Source of the DNA: Pseudobdellovibrionaceae bacterium
GTDB taxonomy: Bacteria > Bdellovibrionota > Bdellovibrionia > Bdellovibrionales > Bdellovibrionaceae
DNA: 17,509 nt
Reading direction: 5' to 3'
Assembly: GCA_041288045.1 (NCBI GenBank)
Contig: JBGGMM010000121.1
Span: 1-17,509, forward strand
Made by a program: the position numbers and the translations under genes
Notes under the pieces: model-generated
Told to the model about the DNA's origin: nothing
Database searches by the model: none
Seen by the model: the letters and a program-made list of their open reading frames with translations, nothing else
Part shown: positions 1 through 6,783 of the stretch, in pieces
Layout: every line of letters begins with the position of its first letter
Numbering within the stretch: the stretch's first letter is position 1

Positions 1-362
1 CTCGATTGACTTCGTTGATACAGTGGATAGGAACTTCCCGTCTGTTGCAACTTGCTGTCAGAATCTGCCGAAAAGAGTTCAAGCGAACCCATAAGAGCTG
101 ATGGAAAATAAACAGCCTTGTGCACAGGCTTTGACTCGGAATTGTGCAATTGAAAGCGAATCCACAGAGCTTGCCGACTATAAGGCAATCTTAAATTGGG
201 ACTTGAATGCGCTGTATAAACAAAATTCTGAAAGTCCTGACGCTCCGCCGGCTGAATGCTGATTTCAATTTCTGATGTGATGTCTTGAATTTCAGCATGG
301 GCAGGGGTGCCGATGGACGCCAGGAAAAGAATCAAAATCAGCATCGAGGAGATTTCCCGCAT
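1..362 (-). CDS. 7TMR-DISM extracellular-domain sensor protein, N-terminal part (runs off the window)
   Basis: Translated by hand: ATG at 362, open to the window edge. MREISSMLILILFLASIGTPAHAEIQ...PNLRLPYSRQALWIRFQLHNSESKPVHKAVYFPSALMGSLELF...QTGSSYPLYQRS. Signal peptide ending AHA. The YSxxALWIRFxLxN and TGxxxPxxQR motifs resemble 7TMR-DISMED2. Not in the ORF track. Confidence 0.7.
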   Translation of the reverse strand, partial: MREISSMLILILFLASIGTPAHAEIQDITSEIEISIQPAERQDFQNFVYTAHSSPNLRLPYSRQALWIRFQLHNSESKPVHKAVYFPSALMGSLELFSADSDSKLQQTGSSYPLYQRSQS

Positions 363-436
363 GTCTTTTCCCAAATCGCAAACGATCAAATATAAATAAA
401 ATGCTTTTATTGGCCAAAGCCACTTGTTGTCAAATT

Positions 437-1732
437 CTAATCTTCAGATTTGCCTAATTCCCAGTTGCGCTCAGTGATAAGCCGCGTTCCGCGTTTTGAG
501 AACAAGTAATTCCATGCCCATTGAAGCATCACAGAAAAACGATTGCGAAATCCAATCAGATAGAAAATATGGATGAAAAGCCAAGCCAGCCAAGCGAAAA
601 GCCCACTCATTTGAATTGCGCCTGCTTGTAGAACGGCCTTGTTTTTTCCGATCGTTGCCATCTGCCCCTTATCGAGATAACAAAACTCTTTTCGTGGAAA
701 ATGATGAAGAGAATTTAAAATCATCTGTGCGGCGTGTTTTCCCTCTTGAATGGCAGCCGGAGCCAATCCTGGAACAATGCGCTCATGAGTCCACGGGACA
801 GCTGCCATGTCGCCAATAACAAAACAATTTGAAAATCCTGGCACTGTTAAGTCAGTGTTCACTTGAATTCGACCTGCTGAATCTCTTTGCACAGCGGGCT
901 CGAGAGTCATGGGTGCAGCTCTCACTCCGGCGGCCCAAATCACTGTCTCGGAAGGCATGAACTGTCCCGCCACCCAAACACCTTCTTCATTGATTTTTTC
1001 CACTCGCGATGAAGTTCTCACTTGCACTCCGAGATTTTGAAGATCCTCTTTTGTTTTTTCCGAAAGATCCTTGGAAAAAGTCGAAAGCACACGGTCACCG
1101 GCTTCAATCAACGTCACTTGGGCTAGCGCGGGATCAATGCGTTTAAAGTCATTCACAATCACAGTTCTGGCAATGTCGGCAATAGCGCCGGCCATTTCAA
1201 CTCCGGTCGGTCCCCCGCCGACGACAATAAAATTCAAAAGTGCCTGCTGACGGACAGGGTCCATTTCATTTTCTGCCCGTTCAAAGGCACTCAAAATTCG
1301 ACGACGAATTTCTGTAGCCTGCTCGAGTGTCTTTAATCCTGGAGCAAATTTTTCCCATTCTGGGTGCGCAAAATAACTGTGCTGGGCGCCGCAAGCGAGA
1401 ATTAAATAATCGAATTCAAGTTCTCCTTCGGAGTAAGAAATCACTCTTTGTTGCAAATCGACTTTGTCTACTTTTCCCCAGTGGACCTCAATATTTTCAA
1501 CATTGGAAAATTGCGCTCGGATCGGAACTGCAATATCACCAGGATTCAATCCAGCAGTTGCGACTTGATAGAGCAGAGGTTGAAACAAATGATGATTTTT
1601 TTGATCAATAAGAATCACAAAAACATCTTTGTGATGGGACAATGTTTTGGCCGCATTCAAGCCACCAAATCCCCCACCGACAATCACGACCAGGGATCGG
1701 CCAGCTTCTTGAGCGGGATGTCTGATTCGCAT
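437..1732 (-). CDS. ndh: Type II NADH:quinone oxidoreductase (NDH-2)
   Basis: Two Rossmann motifs (VVIVGGGFGG, FIVVGGGPTGVEMAG), FQPLLYQVATAGL, VIGD, GLAPAAIQEG, YLDKGQMATIG and a C-terminal amphipathic segment. SD GGAGG upstream. Confidence 0.95.
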   Translation of the reverse strand: MRIRHPAQEAGRSLVVIVGGGFGGLNAAKTLSHHKDVFVILIDQKNHHLFQPLLYQVATAGLNPGDIAVPIRAQFSNVENIEVHWGKVDKVDLQQRVISYSEGELEFDYLILACGAQHSYFAHPEWEKFAPGLKTLEQATEIRRRILSAFERAENEMDPVRQQALLNFIVVGGGPTGVEMAGAIADIARTVIVNDFKRIDPALAQVTLIEAGDRVLSTFSKDLSEKTKEDLQNLGVQVRTSSRVEKINEEGVWVAGQFMPSETVIWAAGVRAAPMTLEPAVQRDSAGRIQVNTDLTVPGFSNCFVIGDMAAVPWTHERIVPGLAPAAIQEGKHAAQMILNSLHHFPRKEFCYLDKGQMATIGKNKAVLQAGAIQMSGLFAWLAWLFIHIFYLIGFRNRFSVMLQWAWNYLFSKRGTRLITERNWELGKSED

Positions 1733-1755
1733 CGACGACCTCCAATAGCGCTTGC

Positions 1756-1784
1756 ATCCTAGAAGAGGGAATTCAGTCAGGCAA
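1756..1784 (-). promoter_or_regulatory. sigma70-type promoter for ndh
   Basis: Minus strand TTGCCT-N17-TAGGAT, upstream of the GGAGG SD and ATG at 1732. Confidence 0.55.
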
Positions 1785-1827
1785 GAAATGATCTGTCGTT
1801 TCCACTGACAAAGGTCGAGTCCGAGGT

Positions 1828-1856
1828 TTGGAATTCGGCGAATTTTCTTTTAGAAT
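1828..1856 (+). promoter_or_regulatory. sigma70-type promoter, predicted leaderless start at 1863
   Basis: TTGGAA(1828)-N17-TAGAAT(1851-1856), then 6 nt to the ATG. No SD. Confidence 0.55.
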
Positions 1857-1862
1857 AGAGTC

Positions 1863-2462
1863 ATGAAAAAACTCATTTCAATTTCACTTCTTTTTTTGGC
1901 GATTGCTTTTGCTGGTGAAGTTCCAGCGGCTGTCACTCCCCTCTCAGTGGGCATTGCGCCCCCGGTGCAATTTCCCCCAGATGATTTCACCATCACTGGC
2001 TTGCGCGCCAGTCTCCTGTGGGGACGGCATCGTGACATGTATGGCTTTGACTTTGGCGGTCTTGGCAATATCACGGACGGTGAGTTTCATGGTCTCGCTC
2101 TGTCCGGTGTCTTCAATTACACCAAAGGCACCACCAATATTTTTGGGGCTCAATTGGCAGGTTTGACAAACATCAACACAAGCAAGACGAATGTCTATGG
2201 ATTGCAGGCCTCTTTAGGACTGAACTCCAACACGGCTGCTTCGACTCTGGTGGGTGTTCAGTTTGCTTTGGTCAATCTGAGTGAATTCACAGATGTCTAC
2301 GGGTTGCAGGCCGGAATCTACAATCACGCCAAGGAAGTTTACGGATTTCAAATCGGTCTCGTGAACATCACTGACAATCTTCATGGAATTCAGATTGGTC
2401 TGATCAATTTTCACCGCAAAGGTCTGATTGGCGTTTGCCCAATTATCAATATCGGTTTTTAA
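1863..2462 (+). CDS. Secreted or surface repeat protein (LA_2272-like GxQxGxxN repeats)
   Basis: Signal peptide (AFA). About 8 tandem GxQ/xGxxN repeats (e.g. YGLQAGIYN, YGFQIGLVN, HGIQIGLIN). C-terminus PIINIGF. Confidence 0.75.
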   Translation: MKKLISISLLFLAIAFAGEVPAAVTPLSVGIAPPVQFPPDDFTITGLRASLLWGRHRDMYGFDFGGLGNITDGEFHGLALSGVFNYTKGTTNIFGAQLAGLTNINTSKTNVYGLQASLGLNSNTAASTLVGVQFALVNLSEFTDVYGLQAGIYNHAKEVYGFQIGLVNITDNLHGIQIGLINFHRKGLIGVCPIINIGF

Positions 2463-2464
2463 TT

Positions 2465-3313
2465 TTAGATGGATTGGCCAATTTCAAGCAGGACTTGGCA
2501 TTCGGTGGCTTCGTAAAGAAGCCCTTTGTATTTGGTGTTTGAATTGACCCATTTCATATCGGGAAGAGCCATTTTTTCTTTTGGCGGTAAGTAAACGGCT
2601 CCTCGAGTAGAAAAATCAGAAATGACTTTTCTTTTAAAATCGTCTGTGACTTTGTTGATCAGAACTTGCGACACTTCTTCGATGGTGTCACGATTCATGC
2701 CTTGAAAAAGCCGACTGATGCCCGCATCAGCTGTCTCCAACAATCGAGCTGTGAATTTAAACCAGCCCAGATGTGTTCGAACTTCTTCGGACTGCTGGCA
2801 AAAAAAGCCACCGCGTCTTTCATCCTCAGTCGCTTCTCGCAATTGAAAATGGACCCCTTGCCCGACATTGGCTTGTAGGGATTGCAAAAATTCCTTCTGA
2901 ATCCAATTTTCAGTCAAGGCCCCATCGGGACTTCCTTGGGCTTCAACCAGTGGCGCCATCGAAAGAAGCGGAATGAAAGCCCCGCCACTTCGCGGAAAAC
3001 CACGAACGGAAACATCGGTGAGAAGAAAATTAACTTCAAACTGCTCTTTTTCCGAGAGCACACAGATCGGAGTCTTGTGCAGGTCTTTTTTCCCGCGGAT
3101 GAATGCATAGACAGCACCAAAATCGCTGCCATCACCAGATGCTGGTAGATTCAGAACGACCAAATCCACCTTCTGCATGGCTGTTTTTTGAATGAGTTCC
3201 AGAATATTTTTTGAAGAGTAAACGTAGGCTCCGCCCATGGATTCTGAGGCCTGCTTCAGATCGTTTTCCAGGTTTTTATCTTCAGAGACCAGACCGATTC
3301 GAATCTTTGGCAT
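2465..3313 (-). CDS. Atypical receiver-domain protein with a possible CheX-like C-terminal domain
   Basis: N-terminus follows the REC pattern (IGLVSED...KVDLVVLNL...TPICVLS) but has Asn at the phospho-Asp position. The C-terminal EEVSQVLINKVTDDFKRKV...YLPP loosely resembles CheX. Confidence 0.55.
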   Translation of the reverse strand: MPKIRIGLVSEDKNLENDLKQASESMGGAYVYSSKNILELIQKTAMQKVDLVVLNLPASGDGSDFGAVYAFIRGKKDLHKTPICVLSEKEQFEVNFLLTDVSVRGFPRSGGAFIPLLSMAPLVEAQGSPDGALTENWIQKEFLQSLQANVGQGVHFQLREATEDERRGGFFCQQSEEVRTHLGWFKFTARLLETADAGISRLFQGMNRDTIEEVSQVLINKVTDDFKRKVISDFSTRGAVYLPPKEKMALPDMKWVNSNTKYKGLLYEATECQVLLEIGQSI

Positions 3314-3319
3314 AGTCCA

Positions 3320-3348
3320 AGTCTCAAGAAGTCAGGGCTTTTTGTAAA
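3320..3348 (-). promoter_or_regulatory. sigma70-type promoter, predicted leaderless start at 3313
   Basis: Minus strand TTTACA-N17-GAGACT, then 6 nt to the ATG. The -10 is imperfect. Confidence 0.4.
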
Positions 3349-3414
3349 CTGATTTTTACCAGTCTCGACCTCAATTCCCCAACACTGAAATGAAATTTGA
3401 AGTATCCTCAAGTT

Positions 3415-3876
3415 ATGCTCAAGCAAGCCTCTATCCGCCAAATACAAAAGTCGGAGCTGACCCGAGAACAAGGCTATTTGGTCGCGACAATGGCTTTTTA
3501 TCCACGAGGGCTCAAGAAAGAACTGCTCGATGAGTACAGAGCCGAGCTTGCCCCTGACCGTGAACTTTTTAAAGAATTCAAAGAGCAGCAAGCGAAAGTG
3601 GGCCATGAGGCAGCTTTTGAAAAATCCCGCTATGAAGAAAGATTTCATTTAGGGCGAAGAGCCACTGAGACTTTGAAAAATCTGGCAAGAATGAGCCAGA
3701 CTCAAGATGTGTACCTTGCTTGCCAGTGTGAAATCGGCGAGCGCTGCCACCGTGAAATCCTCCTTCTCATCGCCGAGAAAGAATTTGGCGCGAAAGTCGA
3801 TCCGCTTTTTCATACCTATCCAGTGTTTGAAAAGCGCCTGAAAGAGGCTTTGGGCGAATCACTTAAAAGCAGATGA
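3415..3876 (+). CDS. DUF488 family (YeaO-like) protein
   Basis: YPRGLKKE...ELAPDRELFKEF and VYLACQCEIGERCHREIL motifs. ATG 3415 preferred over the TTG at 3397 because TATCCT lies 6 nt upstream of it. Confidence 0.85.
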   Translation: MLKQASIRQIQKSELTREQGYLVATMAFYPRGLKKELLDEYRAELAPDRELFKEFKEQQAKVGHEAAFEKSRYEERFHLGRRATETLKNLARMSQTQDVYLACQCEIGERCHREILLLIAEKEFGAKVDPLFHTYPVFEKRLKEALGESLKSR

Positions 3877-4587
3877 TTATACGGCCAAGTGATCAGGATC
3901 GATTTTTGGCGTTTCTTCGATATGCAGAATTTCTTCAAGACATTTTTCAATATAAATCGCTTCACTCAAATCAGAAGCGCGGCAGATTTTTTTGACACTG
4001 CCATCTTTGAGAGTGAGATCCAATCCAAATGCAAACCGAGGTGCTTTTGGCTCGGCGCCTGGAGTGGCTCGCCAGACTCCGAAATGATCAATATCAGAAA
4101 CATTAAAAATCTGGATGCCCCCCAAAGAAAGCGGACCTGAGCCAACAACCATCTTGTTATTTTTGATCATGATTGTGGTGCTGTTGAAAATATGCTGCAG
4201 ACTCAAAACGACAAGAGGAATTGTGAAAAGCCCCAGAACACAAAGGCCCAAAAGCAAATCCTGTCGATTCAAAAACAGGACCTCGATCAGCGCCAGAATC
4301 CCGCAGAAAGCAGTGGCAATGAAAAGAAAGCGTGAGCGCGGAGATTTCCATTTTTTCTCGATGATAAAAATGGAACCTTTTCTTTCGATGTGAACCTGGG
4401 GACTGGGACGAACTAAGGATCGATCGACAATCATGCGAAGTCCGTGTTCGTGGCGAAAAGGCATGGTGTGGCCGCAGGAATGACAGACCAGTGATTCATT
4501 TCCCTGAACGTCTTCCAGTTTCAACTGGATCTGGCATTTTTCGCACTGGACATTTGCTAACTGAAAAAGATAGCTAGCTAAACCCAT
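3877..4587 (-). CDS. Zinc-ribbon, two-TM membrane protein with a putative PH-like C-terminal domain
   Basis: CEKC...CHSC, two hydrophobic helices, then a beta-rich domain ending in a helix (EAIYIEKCLEEIL). SD GGAGG. Confidence 0.7.
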   Translation of the reverse strand: MGLASYLFQLANVQCEKCQIQLKLEDVQGNESLVCHSCGHTMPFRHEHGLRMIVDRSLVRPSPQVHIERKGSIFIIEKKWKSPRSRFLFIATAFCGILALIEVLFLNRQDLLLGLCVLGLFTIPLVVLSLQHIFNSTTIMIKNNKMVVGSGPLSLGGIQIFNVSDIDHFGVWRATPGAEPKAPRFAFGLDLTLKDGSVKKICRASDLSEAIYIEKCLEEILHIEETPKIDPDHLAV

Positions 4588-4606
4588 GAGGCCTCCACCA
4601 ATAGAC

Positions 4607-4634
4607 TTATCGGCTGTTTTGAAGAGGGAACTGA
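4607..4634 (-). promoter_or_regulatory. sigma28 (FliA)-type promoter
   Basis: Minus strand TCAG-N16-GCCGATAA (perfect -10), upstream of the SD and ATG at 4587. Confidence 0.65.
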
Positions 4635-4679
4635 GGTCTTTCCAAGGAACTTAAAATGTTGTGGGAACTGTCGAGCTTT

Positions 4680-5261
4680 TCAGCTTTCAGAGTGAAAGTC
4701 TTGCGGAAGCGGAAACCGTCTCAACATCTCATAGACTGGAAAAGCGCCTGCCAAATGGCTTTCGTAAAGAATGACTTCAGAAACCCCCTGTTTTCCCAGG
4801 TCTATTTTCTCAAAAGGAGATAATAAGTCCCGACAGCTTTTAGGATTTCTTAACCTAGCCAAAGTCAAATGCGGTGAATAGTCGGGCTCAAACTCAGAAG
4901 GATCTTTCAATTCTCTTTCCAGATCGGACTGTAAATCCAAAAGTTTTTGTGACCTTTGCACATTTAAATAAATCACCCGAGCTCTGTGCAATTCAGGAAA
5001 TCCACCGATCCCGCGAATTTTCAGATCAAAAGTTGAATGTTTCAGAATCACGGCCTCTATCTTTGATTCAATATCTGGAATTTGTTCTTCTGAAGTGGGC
5101 CCCAAAAAAACCAAGGTTACATGCAAATTTTCCGCAGGAGTCCATTTGAGACCAATTTCCTTTTGATCCGCTGTCTTGCGAATTTTTTTGATCCAAGGAA
5201 GAAGCTCATTGGCGAATTTTTCTGAAAAATGAATTCCAATAAAAAGCCTTTTAGAAGCCAT
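4680..5261 (-). CDS. thpR: RNA 2',3'-cyclic phosphodiesterase (2H phosphoesterase, LigT family)
   Basis: KRLFIGI at the start, two HxT motifs (LHVTLVFLG, PHLTLAR), VILYESHL...VYE. ATG 5261 preferred over TTG 5291. Confidence 0.93.
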   Translation of the reverse strand: MASKRLFIGIHFSEKFANELLPWIKKIRKTADQKEIGLKWTPAENLHVTLVFLGPTSEEQIPDIESKIEAVILKHSTFDLKIRGIGGFPELHRARVIYLNVQRSQKLLDLQSDLERELKDPSEFEPDYSPHLTLARLRNPKSCRDLLSPFEKIDLGKQGVSEVILYESHLAGAFPVYEMLRRFPLPQDFHSES

Positions 5262-5348
5262 GCTCGAAAAATGTACGCCAAATGAGATCAAAACCCTCTG
5301 ATTTCCTTCGCCAAGTCGTGTCGTGAGCCCTTTGAGTGCGCCTAAATC

Positions 5349-5376
5349 TTGACTCTCGACACAGATTTTCTAAGTT
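5349..5376 (+). promoter_or_regulatory. sigma70-type promoter for the outer-membrane protein gene
   Basis: TTGACT-N16-TAAGTT, followed by SD GGAGG at 5393-5397. Confidence 0.55.
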
Positions 5377-5403
5377 ACTGGTTTTATCAAACGGAGGATC
5401 AAC

Positions 5404-5895
5404 ATGAAAAAACGACTTCTGGCTGCAGCTTTCATTTTGTCAGCAACAACCACACAAGCCGCCACCTACGGCCGCGAAAACAACGTCACCGCCCTACTGG
5501 GATTCACTCAAACCGCCATGAATTTCGGCGCCAACTACGAACGTCGCCTGGACACGATGGGTGTCGGCGGCTACTTTCATTTCTCTTCAGAAGAGAAAGA
5601 CAATCAGATTAACAGACAAACAATGTCGTTTGGAGCAATGGCACCTGCACATGTTCTAGATGACAACCGCTTTGATATCTATTTGGCTCCAGGCTTTGGC
5701 GTGACTATGATTAAGGGGGTCGCCACTGAAAACGATGAAACTGTTTTCGGCCCAACAATCAAAACAGGCATGCTCTTCAAGTTCACTCCCACAGTCAAAG
5801 CCGGGATTGAGCATTTCTATTTCACAAACTGGTTCAACGACAAAGCCCAAGCCTCAGGCCAATACACAAACGCCGCCTTGTCTTTCGCATTCTAA
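5404..5895 (+). CDS. Small outer-membrane beta-barrel protein (OmpA-like transmembrane fold)
   Basis: Signal peptide (AQA), alternating amphipathic strands (DIYLAPGFGVTMI, FGPTIKTGMLFKF) and a C-terminal ALSFAF beta-signal. Strong SD. Confidence 0.85.
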   Translation: MKKRLLAAAFILSATTTQAATYGRENNVTALLGFTQTAMNFGANYERRLDTMGVGGYFHFSSEEKDNQINRQTMSFGAMAPAHVLDDNRFDIYLAPGFGVTMIKGVATENDETVFGPTIKTGMLFKFTPTVKAGIEHFYFTNWFNDKAQASGQYTNAALSFAF

Positions 5896-5920
5896 TTTTT
5901 TTTCGCAAATTTCTGACACA

Positions 5921-5964
5921 AAAAAACAAAACCGGTGTTGACTCCCAACACCGGTTTTTTATTT
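5921..5964. terminator. Bidirectional intrinsic terminator
   Basis: AAAACCGGTGTTG(5928-5940)-ACTCC-CAACACCGGTTTT(5946-5958), with an A tract before and a T tract after. Confidence 0.9.
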
Positions 5965-6135
5965 CCAGCAAAAACCGCAACGCAAATCTACACTCTGACT
6001 ATCGTCTGCCCATAAGCAGACAATAAACTGAGTCCAGCCGTGCATCAAAAAAAATCGCACAGTCCATCCCCCAAAAACTTGCCAGACGACCACGATGGTC
6101 GTCTGGGAGCCTTCACATGGACGGACACACTCACG
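5921..6135 (-). ncRNA. Candidate structured sRNA or long structured 3' UTR
   Basis: No credible ORF. Perfect 11-bp hairpin 6082-6106 inside a longer stem, further hairpins near 6039-6060 and 6000-6025, GCCGATAG at 6140-6147 upstream, and the terminator at the end. No family recognised. Confidence 0.3.
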
Positions 6136-6168
6136 TTTACTATCGGCACCGCTGTGCTCGAGACCAGA

Positions 6169-6366
6169 TCACAAAGGCTTCTCGCCCTTCACTCGCGGCT
6201 GCTTTCCAGACTGCGCAGTGGATGGAGCCTCTTCTTCGTCGCGGCCTTCAGCAGTTTCATTGATATACTCTTGAGCTTGTGAGGTTTGACCTCGCTCGCC
6301 CATTCGATCGGGTCTGCCAATGGAATTAAAAGTTTGATTGTTTGGTTTATTGTCTTGGCCAGTCAT
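6169..6366 (-). CDS. Small hydrophilic, probably disordered protein (65 aa)
   Basis: ATG overlaps the DUF1328 stop (TAATG), indicating translational coupling. Rich in Q/E/G/S with almost no hydrophobic residues. Confidence 0.6.
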   Translation of the reverse strand: MTGQDNKPNNQTFNSIGRPDRMGERGQTSQAQEYINETAEGRDEEEAPSTAQSGKQPRVKGEKPL

Positions 6367-6551
6367 TAGGGTAAACTCCTTGAGCCAGGGCCACCTCTGA
6401 GCATTCCAACAACAAAGCTAATCAGAGCGAGGACCAGGAAAACGAAGAGAAGTCCTTTGCCAATGTCCATTGAAACGCCGGCAAATCCTGTGGCACCGAA
6501 CACAATTGCGACTAAAGCCAAAACAAAAAAGAGTATGGCGGCACGAAGCAT
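6366..6551 (-). CDS. DUF1328 / UPF0391 (YtjA-like) small membrane protein
   Basis: MLRAAILFFVLALVAIVFGATGFAGVSMDIGKGLLFVFLVLALISFV matches the family pattern. SD GGGAGG. Confidence 0.92.
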   Translation of the reverse strand: MLRAAILFFVLALVAIVFGATGFAGVSMDIGKGLLFVFLVLALISFVVGMLRGGPGSRSLP

Positions 6552-6581
6552 AGAAACCTCCCTTGGAATGCAAAGATCATC

Positions 6582-6597
6582 TGCAACCGCAGGGCCA
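6582..6597 (-). promoter_or_regulatory. sigma54 -24/-12 promoter for the DUF1328 operon
   Basis: Minus strand TGGCCC-TGCGG-TTGCA (GG-N10-GC). Predicted +1 near 6571, upstream of the SD. Confidence 0.7.
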
Positions 6598-6721
6598 TTC
6601 TCAGCTCATGATCCATTTTTAACAGTTGAAATGGAGGGACAAAACGCCGCCCGCATGGGGAGAATTGCACCTCAAATTTTGTATTTTCCTATCGGAATCC
6701 AAGCTCTTGCCGACCTGTGTT

Positions 6722-6736
6722 TGGCACTTTCATTGC
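6722..6736 (+). promoter_or_regulatory. sigma54 -24/-12 promoter for the OMP-DUF883 operon
   Basis: TGGCAC-TTTCA-TTGC, a consensus match. Predicted +1 near 6748. SD AGGAGG at 6772-6777. Confidence 0.8.
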
Positions 6737-6783
6737 GTATTTATAAAGAGAGGTTATGGCCCTCTCAACCCAAGGAGGAACTT

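Noticed and set aside
5966..6045. c-di-GMP-I (GEMM) riboswitch-like words GCAAA...ACGCAAA...TCTGAC...CAGCCG on the plus strand
   Set aside because: There is no P2 hairpin with a GNRA tetraloop between the motifs, it lies just after a terminator, and no gene follows.
6040..6282. 80-aa plus-strand ORF
   Set aside because: GTG start without an SD, antisense to the coupled 65-aa gene, and no recognisable features.
6457..6783. N-terminal 109-aa extension of the 413-aa ORF in the track
   Set aside because: It overlaps DUF1328 antisense and both sigma54 promoters. The SD and signal peptide place the start at 6784.
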